Notes under the pieces: model-generated
Seen by the model: the letters and a program-made list of their open reading frames with translations, nothing else
Told to the model about the DNA's origin: nothing
Databases searched by the model: none
Shown here: positions 28,666-38,418 of the stretch, in pieces
Position numbering within the stretch: the first letter of the stretch is position 1
How the letters are laid out: each line of letters begins with the position of its first letter
Translations under genes and position numbers: made by a program
Sequence record: SRR20825006_652
Length of the DNA stretch: 58,985 nt
Direction: 5' to 3' (one strand)

Positions 28666-28838
28666 GAATTATAATCTAATGAACGTTCAAAAAAAGCGAT
28701 TTTTATGGGTCTCAATAATAGGGAGAATACACGCTAAAGGAAAGTCATCAAAACTAGAGGATACATGAATTTATAAAAGTTTGTGATTTCGGCTTTTTGT
28801 AACTTAAATTTCAGGAGAATTAATCAGAAGCGAACCCA

Positions 28839-29384
28839 TTGCAAAAAGCTAAAATAATGTCTGCCGAGGAACTGGAACGCACCTATGTTCGGTTTGCACA
28901 CCAGTTTCTTGAACCGTATGATGATCCGTCCCGACTTGCCATAATTGGCATGCAGACTAGAGGTGTTTACATTGGTAAGCGCATTAACGACGAAATAAAG
29001 AAGAAATTTGGTGTAGAGATAGACTTTGGAGTGCTTGATGTTACTTTCTATAGAGATGATTTTCGTACTAAATTAAAGATGCCTCAAGTACAAGTCACGG
29101 AAATTCCCTTCGATTTATATGATAAAGATATTGTACTTGTAGACGACGTGCTTTATACGGGTAGAACAGTACGATCAGCTATGGATGCGCTAATGGGATA
29201 TGGACGTCCAAGGAAAATTCAGTTTTGCTGCATGGTAGATCGCGGCCACAGAGAACTGCCAATTGCAGCAGATTACACAGGGCTGTATATACCAACTCAT
29301 GAGAAAGAGGAAGTAAGAGTGAAAGTTAAAGAGCTTGATGGCGAAGATGCAGTATATCTAGTTGAAGCAGGAGAAGAGGTATGA
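28839..29384 (+). CDS. pyrR: bifunctional pyr regulator / uracil phosphoribosyltransferase
   Basis: TTG start; GMQTRG, LDVTFYRDD, VLVDDVLYTGRTVR, DRGHRELPI. Confidence 0.95.
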   Translation: MQKAKIMSAEELERTYVRFAHQFLEPYDDPSRLAIIGMQTRGVYIGKRINDEIKKKFGVEIDFGVLDVTFYRDDFRTKLKMPQVQVTEIPFDLYDKDIVLVDDVLYTGRTVRSAMDALMGYGRPRKIQFCCMVDRGHRELPIAADYTGLYIPTHEKEEVRVKVKELDGEDAVYLVEAGEEV

Positions 29385-30334
29385 CCAGTGACCTATTGAA
29401 CGGTTACCAGTTCAAGCAAAAGCATTTGCTTGGGTTAGCTGATTATTCCAAAGAAGATATACTATATGTATTAGAACAAGCAAAATACTTTAGAGAGATT
29501 TTAGATCGCCCGGTTCCAAAAGTTCCTACATTGCGCGACAAAACCATCGTAAATTTATTTTACGAGAACAGTACTCGAACACGACTTTCTTTTGAACTTG
29601 CCCAGAAAAGAATGGGAGCGGACGTTGTTAACTTTTCAGCGAGTAACTCATCTACAAAAAAAGGGGAGTCGTTAAAAGATACAATTCAGAATATCAGTTC
29701 TATGAAGATTGATATGGTTGTTGTTCGGCACGAAAGCCCTGGCGTTCCTCACTTTCTAACTCAATGCGTTGATGCCGCTATTCTAAATGCGGGTGATGGA
29801 TCTCATGAACATCCAACGCAAGCTCTACTCGATATGTTTACCATGCAAAAAATCCATCCAGATTTAACAGGTAAAAAAGTAGCAATCATTGGAGACATCT
29901 CACACAGTAGAGTGGTACGGTCTAATATTATTGGGCTCACAAAACTTGGCGCAAAAATTGTTCTATGCGGTCCAAAAACTTTTATGCCTGTTTTTGTGAA
30001 AGATATGGGGGTTGAAGTTTCTCATAATTTGGAGGAAACTTTAGCTTGGTGCGATGTGGCAATGGCGCTTCGTATTCAGCTTGAGCGACAAGGAGAAAGC
30101 ACTGAATTATTCCCAAGCTTAAGAGAATACCACGAGCGATTTGGAATCAAGCTAGAACATCTTGAAAAATACCCAGATTTTAAGATTATGCATCCTGGCC
30201 CAATAAATAGAGGCGTCGAAATGCAAAGTGAAGTAGCTGATAGCGGTAGAGCGGTAATTTTGGATCAAGTAACCAATGGTGTAGCAGTTAGGATGGCCGT
30301 ACTTTATTTATTAAGTGGTGGTAATAGGGTATAG
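29381..30334 (+). CDS. pyrB: aspartate carbamoyltransferase catalytic subunit
   Basis: FYENSTRTRLSF, KGESL, HPTQALLD, GDISHSRV, HPGP; ATGA overlap with pyrR. Confidence 0.97.
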   Translation: MTSDLLNGYQFKQKHLLGLADYSKEDILYVLEQAKYFREILDRPVPKVPTLRDKTIVNLFYENSTRTRLSFELAQKRMGADVVNFSASNSSTKKGESLKDTIQNISSMKIDMVVVRHESPGVPHFLTQCVDAAILNAGDGSHEHPTQALLDMFTMQKIHPDLTGKKVAIIGDISHSRVVRSNIIGLTKLGAKIVLCGPKTFMPVFVKDMGVEVSHNLEETLAWCDVAMALRIQLERQGESTELFPSLREYHERFGIKLEHLEKYPDFKIMHPGPINRGVEMQSEVADSGRAVILDQVTNGVAVRMAVLYLLSGGNRV

Positions 30335-30369
30335 ATAAATGTGTATTTTGTATAGTTAGAATTAGTAAA

Positions 30370-31491
30370 TTGAATATTGTTGAATCCAAAATCTTATCAA
30401 GCACGTTAGTCATCGAAGAACAAGAAATAGATATTAAAGCTTCTACGACTCCTTCTGTAACAATAGGAATTCCAGTTCTTAATGAAGAGGAGCATATTGA
30501 GCGTGTGGTCCAAGGTTTTTTAGCTTGTGGCTACCCAAACTTAGTAGAAATATTGATTGCTGATGGCGGCAGTACAGATAGAACTCGTGAAATTGTTAGC
30601 CTTATATCACAAGAAGATACAAGAGTCAGATTAGTTGATAACCCAAGAAAATTTCAGTCATTTGGGTTAAACAAAATGATTGAGGTTGCAAAAGGTGATG
30701 TTTTTTTACGTGCGGATGCACATTGTTATTATAAGGATAATTATGTTTCTAAATGTGTTGAAGTACTTTTAGAAACAGGTGCAAGAAATGTAGGTGGCTC
30801 TCAGCGATATAAAGCAAGTAATAATGTACAAGCGGGTATTGCCATAGCTGTAAAAAGCTTTTTAGGTAACGGTGGCGCAAAATATATGAATGATCGGTAC
30901 GAGGGTTATGGCGACACTGTTTTTTTAGGATGCTTTTGGACAAATGATTTAAAGCAAATTGGTAATTTTAGCACAGATAATATTACTAACCAGGATTCAG
31001 AGCTTAATCTTAGATTAATCGAAGCGTTTGGAGATGAAAGTATCTTTATCAGCCCAGATATTCAAAGTTGGTATTTTCCAAGAGATACATTGTGGAAGTT
31101 ATTAAAGCAATACTTTAGGTATGGTAGAGGAAGGTTTATAACTAAAGTACACCACCCTCAACAATCGCCAATCAGAGGAATGCTTCCATTTTTATTTATA
31201 TGTGGATTATCAATTCTTGTTTTATCAGATTTAGTAGTTGAGACAAGCCTAAGTTCGGTTTGGGTGTTAGGGGCGTTATTATTAATTCTTATTTCTGAGT
31301 CAATAAAAACGGTAATATCGACTCGCGAGAAATTTACTAATGAAATTTGGAGTACGGATAAAAAAAGTCCAAATCTAATTACTAAGGTATTCATTACATC
31401 ACTTTGTTTAGGTTTGATGCAAATTGGGCATTTCAGTGGATTTTTACATCAAATTATTCGAAAAGTGGTTTTGCAAAAACAAGGGTGGTGA
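30370..31491 (+). CDS. GT2 glycosyltransferase (ExoA-like) with C-terminal TMs
   Basis: IPVLNEE, DGGSTDRT, RADAH, DTVFLG, QDSELNLR, KQYFRYG. The TTG start is uncertain. Confidence 0.9.
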   Translation: MNIVESKILSSTLVIEEQEIDIKASTTPSVTIGIPVLNEEEHIERVVQGFLACGYPNLVEILIADGGSTDRTREIVSLISQEDTRVRLVDNPRKFQSFGLNKMIEVAKGDVFLRADAHCYYKDNYVSKCVEVLLETGARNVGGSQRYKASNNVQAGIAIAVKSFLGNGGAKYMNDRYEGYGDTVFLGCFWTNDLKQIGNFSTDNITNQDSELNLRLIEAFGDESIFISPDIQSWYFPRDTLWKLLKQYFRYGRGRFITKVHHPQQSPIRGMLPFLFICGLSILVLSDLVVETSLSSVWVLGALLLILISESIKTVISTREKFTNEIWSTDKKSPNLITKVFITSLCLGLMQIGHFSGFLHQIIRKVVLQKQGW

Positions 31492-31528
31492 TAGTAATAT
31501 CTACTTCCCTTTAAAAGAATTTTACCAG

Positions 31529-33151
31529 CTATAGCTCTCGCCTAAAAAGAACTCGACCCATTTTATCGACTTTGGATATAGCATCGGGATTCGTGTTTAA
31601 GCGAATCTCATGGACCTCTATTAAAACCGCATTTTTAGGAATGGAATTTGAGTTTTGTGAAATAGAAATTAAGGTGTTAACCTGATTTTCATCAACCTCA
31701 CTCTTATTTAAGATAGTTTCTAAAAACCCTCTTAACCTGCCAGTGTATTTAAATTGGGCAACAAAATTTTTATCAAGCAGAGGAATGCTTTCATAGATAA
31801 TATTATCATCAATATCTTTGGCTTGAATTATGATACTCGGAACAGTACCAGTTTCAAGTGAGGCAAAAGTTGGATAAACGGCAAACGGCCAACTATTTAT
31901 GAGAAGGAACCCTGTAATAATATTTCCTGCCACCAATAGAATCCCTACTCGCTTTATGTTGGGTAAGAATTTATTATAGAGCTGATATTTCTGTTCTTTT
32001 AAGTAGTCTGCTTTTACCTTGAAAAATAATGCTATTCTGTCCCAATCAATAAAAATGATATATATAATCATCAATGTGAGAAAAGAAATTCTCATTAAAT
32101 AATAAACTGATAGATGGAAAGAAAAAGCGGCTACAACAAAAATTAATCTAGTTTTCTTAAAAAATATCCCAAAGATAAACCCTAACTCTATGATTAGTGT
32201 TGATAGTGCAGCTGTTTTATATAAGATGGGGTACCTATCAACTCTTAAAGAAGGGAGCCATCCCCCAAACTCGAGCCATTTTGAATGGAGTTTAAATGCT
32301 AAGTTATCACTAAAAGCCCAATCGAAGCCTGAGAATGCGAACTTCCAAAACCCTGGAAAGAAGTACACTAGCCCAATTATTATCATGGAAATTCTAATTG
32401 GAAGGCCAAATGCGATGGATTTATTGAGATTTATTTGAGGAATTTTTTGCCTCCAACAGTCGATTGAGAGACTATAGCCAGATGGGCTAAAACTTAATAA
32501 TAATAATAGGTGCCAAAGGTTGTGATAATGATCTATCTTTCCATAGAATTGAGGTATTCCTAATATGAACAAACCTGTAAAGGCGGCGCCCAAAAGCATA
32601 TATCTAGTATATATCCCTACAAAAGCTCCAAGGCAAAATAGTGTGAAGGCAATCCCAAGGAAGTAGGATATATCTTGGTTAACAAGGAGGTGAACTAGGC
32701 CCTCTGGCCAACCTAGTGGAGGCACGGTAGCATCACTTCCTAAATAGACTAGCTCTTCTATTAACTTGGGGAAATTTAAATAAAGCAGATATCCAGTTAC
32801 TACTATTCTTAAAAGCGCAAGCTTGAAGGCTGATTCTTCGGCTAAAAAAAACTGTTTAAATACGTGTTTGTTATCTCGGAAGATTATCCAAATAAAAATT
32901 AGAGAAAATGCAGATAGGGCGAGTAATCTGTTAATATATTTTGGAACTTCTAATCTATAAAAAACGATTGTCCGAGCAGAAGGATCTTTGAGGTGGTGAT
33001 GAGTAATTAATTTATTCAAATATTCGAAAGATTCTCCGTTAAAAGCGTTTTCAACTAATGGAGATAGAACGTAGACTTGGACTATTTTTCCAAGAACTAT
33101 CAAACTCACTAACACGAGTAAAAGAGGGATATAACGGTTGAAATTTTTCAA
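31529..33151 (-). CDS. polytopic membrane protein with an HTTM-like domain
   Basis: Roughly 10 TMs; LALLRIV, FSP.G.SLSID, VYFFPGFWK..SG.DW, ELGF, FHL, WPFAVYPTFA. Confidence 0.6.
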   Translation of the reverse strand: MKNFNRYIPLLLVLVSLIVLGKIVQVYVLSPLVENAFNGESFEYLNKLITHHHLKDPSARTIVFYRLEVPKYINRLLALSAFSLIFIWIIFRDNKHVFKQFFLAEESAFKLALLRIVVTGYLLYLNFPKLIEELVYLGSDATVPPLGWPEGLVHLLVNQDISYFLGIAFTLFCLGAFVGIYTRYMLLGAAFTGLFILGIPQFYGKIDHYHNLWHLLLLLSFSPSGYSLSIDCWRQKIPQINLNKSIAFGLPIRISMIIIGLVYFFPGFWKFAFSGFDWAFSDNLAFKLHSKWLEFGGWLPSLRVDRYPILYKTAALSTLIIELGFIFGIFFKKTRLIFVVAAFSFHLSVYYLMRISFLTLMIIYIIFIDWDRIALFFKVKADYLKEQKYQLYNKFLPNIKRVGILLVAGNIITGFLLINSWPFAVYPTFASLETGTVPSIIIQAKDIDDNIIYESIPLLDKNFVAQFKYTGRLRGFLETILNKSEVDENQVNTLISISQNSNSIPKNAVLIEVHEIRLNTNPDAISKVDKMGRVLFRREL

Positions 33152-33589
33152 GAGAGTAATTAAAATTTTCTAGAAAACAACCAAAATTAAGATAGAAGAT
33201 ACTACTCAAAGTTGTTTTTTATTATAATTTAAGGACAAAAAGTAATTAAATAAATTGCTATCATTGATGGATGGGAGTTAACTTTTTGGGAGTGTTGTCT
33301 AGCTATAATAACCTTTTGAAAATCAATTTAACAACCGTCATTAAAAATCTGTTGACTCAGGCCTTATCAAAGTAAATAATCATGAAGGATGGAATGAATA
33401 GGTTTCTCCAGAGAATATCCTTTTATGAGGGCATAAGAATAATAAAACTACTTATGGTTGTTGGAATTGAAGTTGCTAAACGGGTATTTATAGGTACTCA
33501 TGAATACAGTTTATTCCCTATAAATTTATCTGAAAGTAGTCGGCAAAAACATTCCAAGTTCACAGAGATATTAACGATTAAGAATTAAG

Positions 33590-34696
33590 ATGGGTAGCAA
33601 TAAAGTAGTACAACTCTCTTCTGTCCATCCCTCGCATGATACACGAATCTTTCATAAGATTTGTAAATCGCTAGTAGCTCATGGATTTGATTTGGACCTT
33701 ATTATTCAACATCCATACGACGAGATTAAGGATGGAATAAATATAGTAGCCCTTCCTATAGCTACGAAAAAGGCGGATAGAATTTTAAAAATAATTCCAA
33801 AGCTATTTCTAAAAGCTATTAAATATCCCAAGAAAACCATTTTTCATTTCCATGACCCGGAGCTAATTCCAGTTGGGTACGTACTCAAGATGCTTGGTTA
33901 TAAAGTTATATATGATGTACACGAAGATGTGCCTAAAAGTATCTTAAGTAAGGAATGGATACCAAGCTATGTAAGGAAGATTGTTGCTCTGGTTATTTCT
34001 GGGTTCGAAAAGGTGGCACTCTATTTGTTCGACCATATAATTGTTGTTACCAGATCAATAGAGCAAAGATTCAGTTCAAGAAGTACTATACTGATTCAAA
34101 ATTTCCCAACTCTTTCAAATGAGAATATAACTGTGAAGCCTATCCGGAAGGATAGTATTTTCTATATTGGAGATATAACTCTCGTAAGGGGTCTTAAGGA
34201 AGTGATTCGTGCGGTGGATATAGTAAATCAATCACAAGACTTAAAATTCATACTCGGGGGTAAATTTAACCCAAAATCTTTGGAAAATGAGCTAAGATTG
34301 GAGCCGGGTTGGAAGCACACAGATTTTGTTGGCTGGGTTGGAAAGAGCGAATTTATGGACTATGCAGAAAGGTCATATGTTGGTATTGTTACTTTTCACC
34401 CTATACCGAATCATATTGAAGCTCAACCTAATAAATTATTTGAGTATATGCATGCTGGTTTACCCGTAGTAGCATCAAATTTTCCACTGTGGGTCGAAAT
34501 TGTTGAGAAAAATAAATGTGGACTATTGGTTAATCCTATGGAACCCTCAGAAATTGCTAGTGCTATTTTATGGGTAATTGATAACGCAAAAGAAGCTCAT
34601 AAAATGGGCGAAAATGGGCGAAGAGCAGTGATTGAAAAATACAACTGGGCCAATGAAGAAAAGAAACTTATAAAACTATATAATAACCTATCTTAA
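33590..34696 (+). CDS. GT4 glycosyltransferase
   Basis: SSVHPSHDTRIFHK, HFHDPEL, YDVHED, PNKLFEYMHAGLPVVASNFP. Confidence 0.92.
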   Translation: MGSNKVVQLSSVHPSHDTRIFHKICKSLVAHGFDLDLIIQHPYDEIKDGINIVALPIATKKADRILKIIPKLFLKAIKYPKKTIFHFHDPELIPVGYVLKMLGYKVIYDVHEDVPKSILSKEWIPSYVRKIVALVISGFEKVALYLFDHIIVVTRSIEQRFSSRSTILIQNFPTLSNENITVKPIRKDSIFYIGDITLVRGLKEVIRAVDIVNQSQDLKFILGGKFNPKSLENELRLEPGWKHTDFVGWVGKSEFMDYAERSYVGIVTFHPIPNHIEAQPNKLFEYMHAGLPVVASNFPLWVEIVEKNKCGLLVNPMEPSEIASAILWVIDNAKEAHKMGENGRRAVIEKYNWANEEKKLIKLYNNLS

Positions 34697-34735
34697 ATCT
34701 TTTAGAAATAGAGAAGAAAATTACCACAGAATACT

Positions 34736-35935
34736 ATGAATGAGTTAAAAAGAATAGATTTGTTAGAAGTTGCTACAATTTTTGCAAAAAGAAAAAGAAC
34801 GTTGATACTAGTAGTTGGTGTTATTACCATTTTAGGCGTAATAACTGCATTTATGTGGCCAAAAAGCTACGAGTCTGAAATGACATTCATTGTTACGGAT
34901 GGTAATGGTATTAACTTCTCTAGTGGTGGTTTACTAAGTGGTTTAGCCAACCTCTCTGTGGGTGGAGCTAAAATAACATCAGATCAAGCGCTTATTTTAA
35001 TTAGAAGTACAGCAATTCAGGATGAGGTGATCGAGAAGTTTAATCTGAAAGAAGTCTTTGGAAATGATGTGCCTGAAGCACTTAGAAAAAGCCTTGATCA
35101 AAAGCTTGTTATAGACGAAAAACGAGAAGGTGGGCTAGGTTTTAATTCCATAATAGCTATAACAATCTCTTACACAGATTTAGAGCCACAACGTGCCTAT
35201 GATATAATCAGTTATTACTACGATTTACTAGACTCAACTGTAACAGATCTGAATCGTAAAGGAGTAGGTGATGGTTATTCCATGATTAAAACTAGGCTAG
35301 AGCAAAATGAAATAGAACTAGAGGTTGCAGAGGATAGTTTAGTTAGTTTTCAAAAGAGATATGGAATATTAGAAGTTGAGGAACAAGCAAAGTCTCAAAT
35401 TAAAACGCTTGCAGAACTGAAAACAGAAATTGTGAAACTAGAGGTTCAAATTGGTTATACAAAGGAAACTCTAGGTTCTGGTAATAATAAAATTGAAGAT
35501 TTAGAAGTTCAAAAAAAGCAGTTTGAGAGAAAGTACAATGAACTTTTAACAGGTAAAACAACAGGTATTAGCGGCTCATTTGACGTGTTTCAATCTGTGC
35601 AGGAAATGCCAGAGCTATTCCTAGAGTACTTAAGAAGATATCGAGAGGTGATTATACAAGAGGAAATATACAAAGTGTTGTACCCTCAGTTCGAACAACA
35701 AAAACTGAGTTATGAAGAGGCTAACTCAGGGTTGAGAGTCGTAGATCCAGCAATCGTTCCAACGTATAAAACGGCCCCTAAACGAGCATATATAATATTA
35801 GCAGCGATGTTTTTTGGAGGGTTAGTGGGAATCTTAATAGTGCTATTCAAAGAATGGAAAGAAAGTCTTCGTGTAAGTAATCCTGATGAGTTACGTCGAT
35901 TCGAAGAGTTTGCTAAAGAGCTTAAAAGATTCTAG
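34736..35935 (+). CDS. Wzz/GumC-type polysaccharide co-polymerase (no kinase domain)
   Basis: Two TMs flanking a coiled-coil periplasmic region; WPKSY and VVDPAIVP...PKR motifs. Confidence 0.88.
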   Translation: MNELKRIDLLEVATIFAKRKRTLILVVGVITILGVITAFMWPKSYESEMTFIVTDGNGINFSSGGLLSGLANLSVGGAKITSDQALILIRSTAIQDEVIEKFNLKEVFGNDVPEALRKSLDQKLVIDEKREGGLGFNSIIAITISYTDLEPQRAYDIISYYYDLLDSTVTDLNRKGVGDGYSMIKTRLEQNEIELEVAEDSLVSFQKRYGILEVEEQAKSQIKTLAELKTEIVKLEVQIGYTKETLGSGNNKIEDLEVQKKQFERKYNELLTGKTTGISGSFDVFQSVQEMPELFLEYLRRYREVIIQEEIYKVLYPQFEQQKLSYEEANSGLRVVDPAIVPTYKTAPKRAYIILAAMFFGGLVGILIVLFKEWKESLRVSNPDELRRFEEFAKELKRF

Positions 35936-37194
35936 TGAATTCCATTGGAAGGACATACAGTGGTTTAATAATTGTGGCTCCTATTATAATAGGGGCTTTT
36001 TTGTCAGGGATAGTGTACTTATCTGAAGGTTCGGCAATACCCCTTACCGTATTCCAAGTAGCACTTATTACGGGCTTTCTATTTTTTGTTCTTAAAAAAA
36101 TAGCAACTAGAGATATAAGTCTAGATGTATACGGCTTAGAGCTCGAGTACATTCTTTTTTTAGCACTAATATTTCTATCGCTTATATATAGCCCAGAAAG
36201 AATAGAAGGTTTTTTTTATGTAATTAGATATGTTACACTACTAGCAATGACATATCTAATTTATAATTCAATATCCTCAAGAGAAGAGATTTATATTATT
36301 TGTTTCATTATAGTTGGAATGGGTTTGTTGATTGCGACTCAGAATATTATCAATATTTATTTAAATCCCGAGATAGCTGCATTTAATTATTTGAACGAAG
36401 GGAGAAAGCTGATTCGATCAAGTGGTAATGAAATTGATCCAAATATATTTGCTAGTAATTTTATCATGCCTATTATGTTGTTAATAGCTATGTTTGGGAA
36501 CGCTCAATCAAAAAAGAGCCGAATACTAATCTTTATAGTATTTAGTATTTTAATCTCATCTGTATTACTTAGCTATTCCCGTAGTACTTGGATTGCCGTT
36601 TTTATAGGGGTTGTTGTTATTATAATCCGGCAAAAAAAATATACCATACTAGGTTATGGGTTAGTTCTAATAATATTACTTCTTGCAACAAGTGGAACAA
36701 TAAGGTCCCTATTGATGAGTGTTCTTGAGAGAGCTGCTGATATATTCGCAGGTTCTTCTGATGATTCCTCGAAATTTAGATTGATATTAGCGGAAACGGC
36801 AATATTAATGTGGTTTGATAGCTTTTTTATGGGAGTAGGTTATCAAGGCTTTTCAACCGTATTTCAAACCTATCATCGTCCCCAAGAAACCGCGGGTATT
36901 TATGAACCACATAACGAATTCTATACAGTTTTAGCTGAGTTGGGTTTAATTGGATTTTCTGTTTTTATGATTATTATTTGGAAGCTAATTAAAAAAGGCA
37001 GAGAAATATCAAGAGGTGATGATTCATTCTCATTAGTAATAGGTAATGCATTGTTTGCATCTTTGATAGCCTATCTAGTATTCTTTCAATTTTTAGGAGG
37101 GATGCAATATCATACTATTCTTATGATTAACATTGGGTTACTACTATGTGTACATAAAATTAAATCGAATCAATTGGTTATAGCTAATTCGTAA
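35935..37194 (+). CDS. O-antigen ligase / Wzy-like polymerase family
   Basis: GTG start overlapping the upstream TAG; about 11 TMs; DPNIFA, SYSRSTW, GVGYQGF, PHNEF..LAELGLIG. Confidence 0.88.
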   Translation: MNSIGRTYSGLIIVAPIIIGAFLSGIVYLSEGSAIPLTVFQVALITGFLFFVLKKIATRDISLDVYGLELEYILFLALIFLSLIYSPERIEGFFYVIRYVTLLAMTYLIYNSISSREEIYIICFIIVGMGLLIATQNIINIYLNPEIAAFNYLNEGRKLIRSSGNEIDPNIFASNFIMPIMLLIAMFGNAQSKKSRILIFIVFSILISSVLLSYSRSTWIAVFIGVVVIIIRQKKYTILGYGLVLIILLLATSGTIRSLLMSVLERAADIFAGSSDDSSKFRLILAETAILMWFDSFFMGVGYQGFSTVFQTYHRPQETAGIYEPHNEFYTVLAELGLIGFSVFMIIIWKLIKKGREISRGDDSFSLVIGNALFASLIAYLVFFQFLGGMQYHTILMINIGLLLCVHKIKSNQLVIANS

Positions 37195-38333
37195 TTGTCA
37201 ATTTGGCGTCTCAGAAAAGCTTGTGTCCCATATGATTTTGAAATATAGGAGTGAAGTTCTTTAGCTGAATAACCAGAAAAACTACTATTCATTAACTCTA
37301 TATATTTTGCTAGAGAATCTCCTTCTGGTATTATGAGTCCGGCGTCTTTAATTTCTTTAGTACCGCCTACATCTGTCGCAACAATTGGTAACCCGCAGGA
37401 TGCAGCTTCAAGTATAGAAACATTGAATCCCTCACGCCTACTTGGTAGAATGTAATAATCAGCAGATAAGTAATAATCTATTAACTCATCAGGAGAAACC
37501 GTTGGATGAACCAGTATATTCTGAAAACGACCTTGTTCTAATTTCTTTTCAATCTCTTTTGAATACTCTGTATTCTCATAGTTACCAATAATGTGAAAAA
37601 CTGTATTCTTGAGTTCGGAATTATCAATGATAGCATCTAACAGTAAATCAATTCCTTTTTCTTCTCTAATACTTGCAACGGTTAATACGTGTATTCTGGA
37701 GTCATCCCACCCTAATTTGGTTCGCTTTTCAACTTTCTCTGTTGTTGAAATTGGTGTGTATTTTTGAGAATCCACCATATTGTAAATGACATCAGATTTC
37801 GCTGATAGCTTTGGGAATACGTTTTCTACATCAATTTTTAATTGAGGCCCCGAGTAAAGCACTCTGTCCACACAGTCAAAGATTTCAGAAATTATTGGCC
37901 TAAAGTGAGGCTTGTTGATACTTTGATACCAATCACTCCCATGTATTGTAAGAATCACTTTGTAGCCTGCTTTTTTTAGTGCTGGAATTGCTAAACCGTC
38001 AGGGTATAACCAATGGACATGTACAATATCAGGAGGAAGCCCTTCTAAATGTGATAATAATGTGTATGAAATAGATTTTTGAATAACTCGAGGGAATGTT
38101 TTCCTAGGGAAGGAAAGGAATTTTAATCGAGTTATATTTTTTGACCCACAAATAAATGGGGCATTATTTAGAGAGTTTCTTTTAGTAAAAGGAATTGCAT
38201 AAGGAGTTGGTACTAAAAGAGAAACCTCTGTGGAGTTATTCTTCTTCAAAAGCTCAAACAAATCTTTTATGAATTTGCCTTGGGAGGTAGCTAGTTCATT
38301 AGGAAATAAATGACTGACTAATGCAATATTCAT
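37170..38333 (-). CDS. GT4 glycosyltransferase
   Basis: HVHWLYPDG, TIHGSD, EKGID, LPSRREGFNVSILEAASCGLP; 3' end overlaps the ligase gene by 25 nt. Confidence 0.92.
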   Translation of the reverse strand: MNIALVSHLFPNELATSQGKFIKDLFELLKKNNSTEVSLLVPTPYAIPFTKRNSLNNAPFICGSKNITRLKFLSFPRKTFPRVIQKSISYTLLSHLEGLPPDIVHVHWLYPDGLAIPALKKAGYKVILTIHGSDWYQSINKPHFRPIISEIFDCVDRVLYSGPQLKIDVENVFPKLSAKSDVIYNMVDSQKYTPISTTEKVEKRTKLGWDDSRIHVLTVASIREEKGIDLLLDAIIDNSELKNTVFHIIGNYENTEYSKEIEKKLEQGRFQNILVHPTVSPDELIDYYLSADYYILPSRREGFNVSILEAASCGLPIVATDVGGTKEIKDAGLIIPEGDSLAKYIELMNSSFSGYSAKELHSYISKSYGTQAFLRRQIDNYELAITN

Positions 38334-38418
38334 AGTGTACAGGTTTAACTCAGGCTTAGGTGAAGTATGCTTAATTGGTGAATAAGTAATTGTTAAAGAA
38401 GCATAGCAAGTATAAACT

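Noticed and set aside
28666..28838. PyrR-binding attenuator upstream of pyrR-pyrB
   Set aside because: No AGUCC...GAGAGG-type binding loop or terminator hairpin found in this short divergent region.
33382..33588. 68-aa ORF just upstream of the GT4 gene
   Set aside because: No recognisable motif, and it lies in an AT-rich divergent promoter gap. It ends 1 nt before the GT4 start, so it cannot be fully excluded, but I cannot support it.
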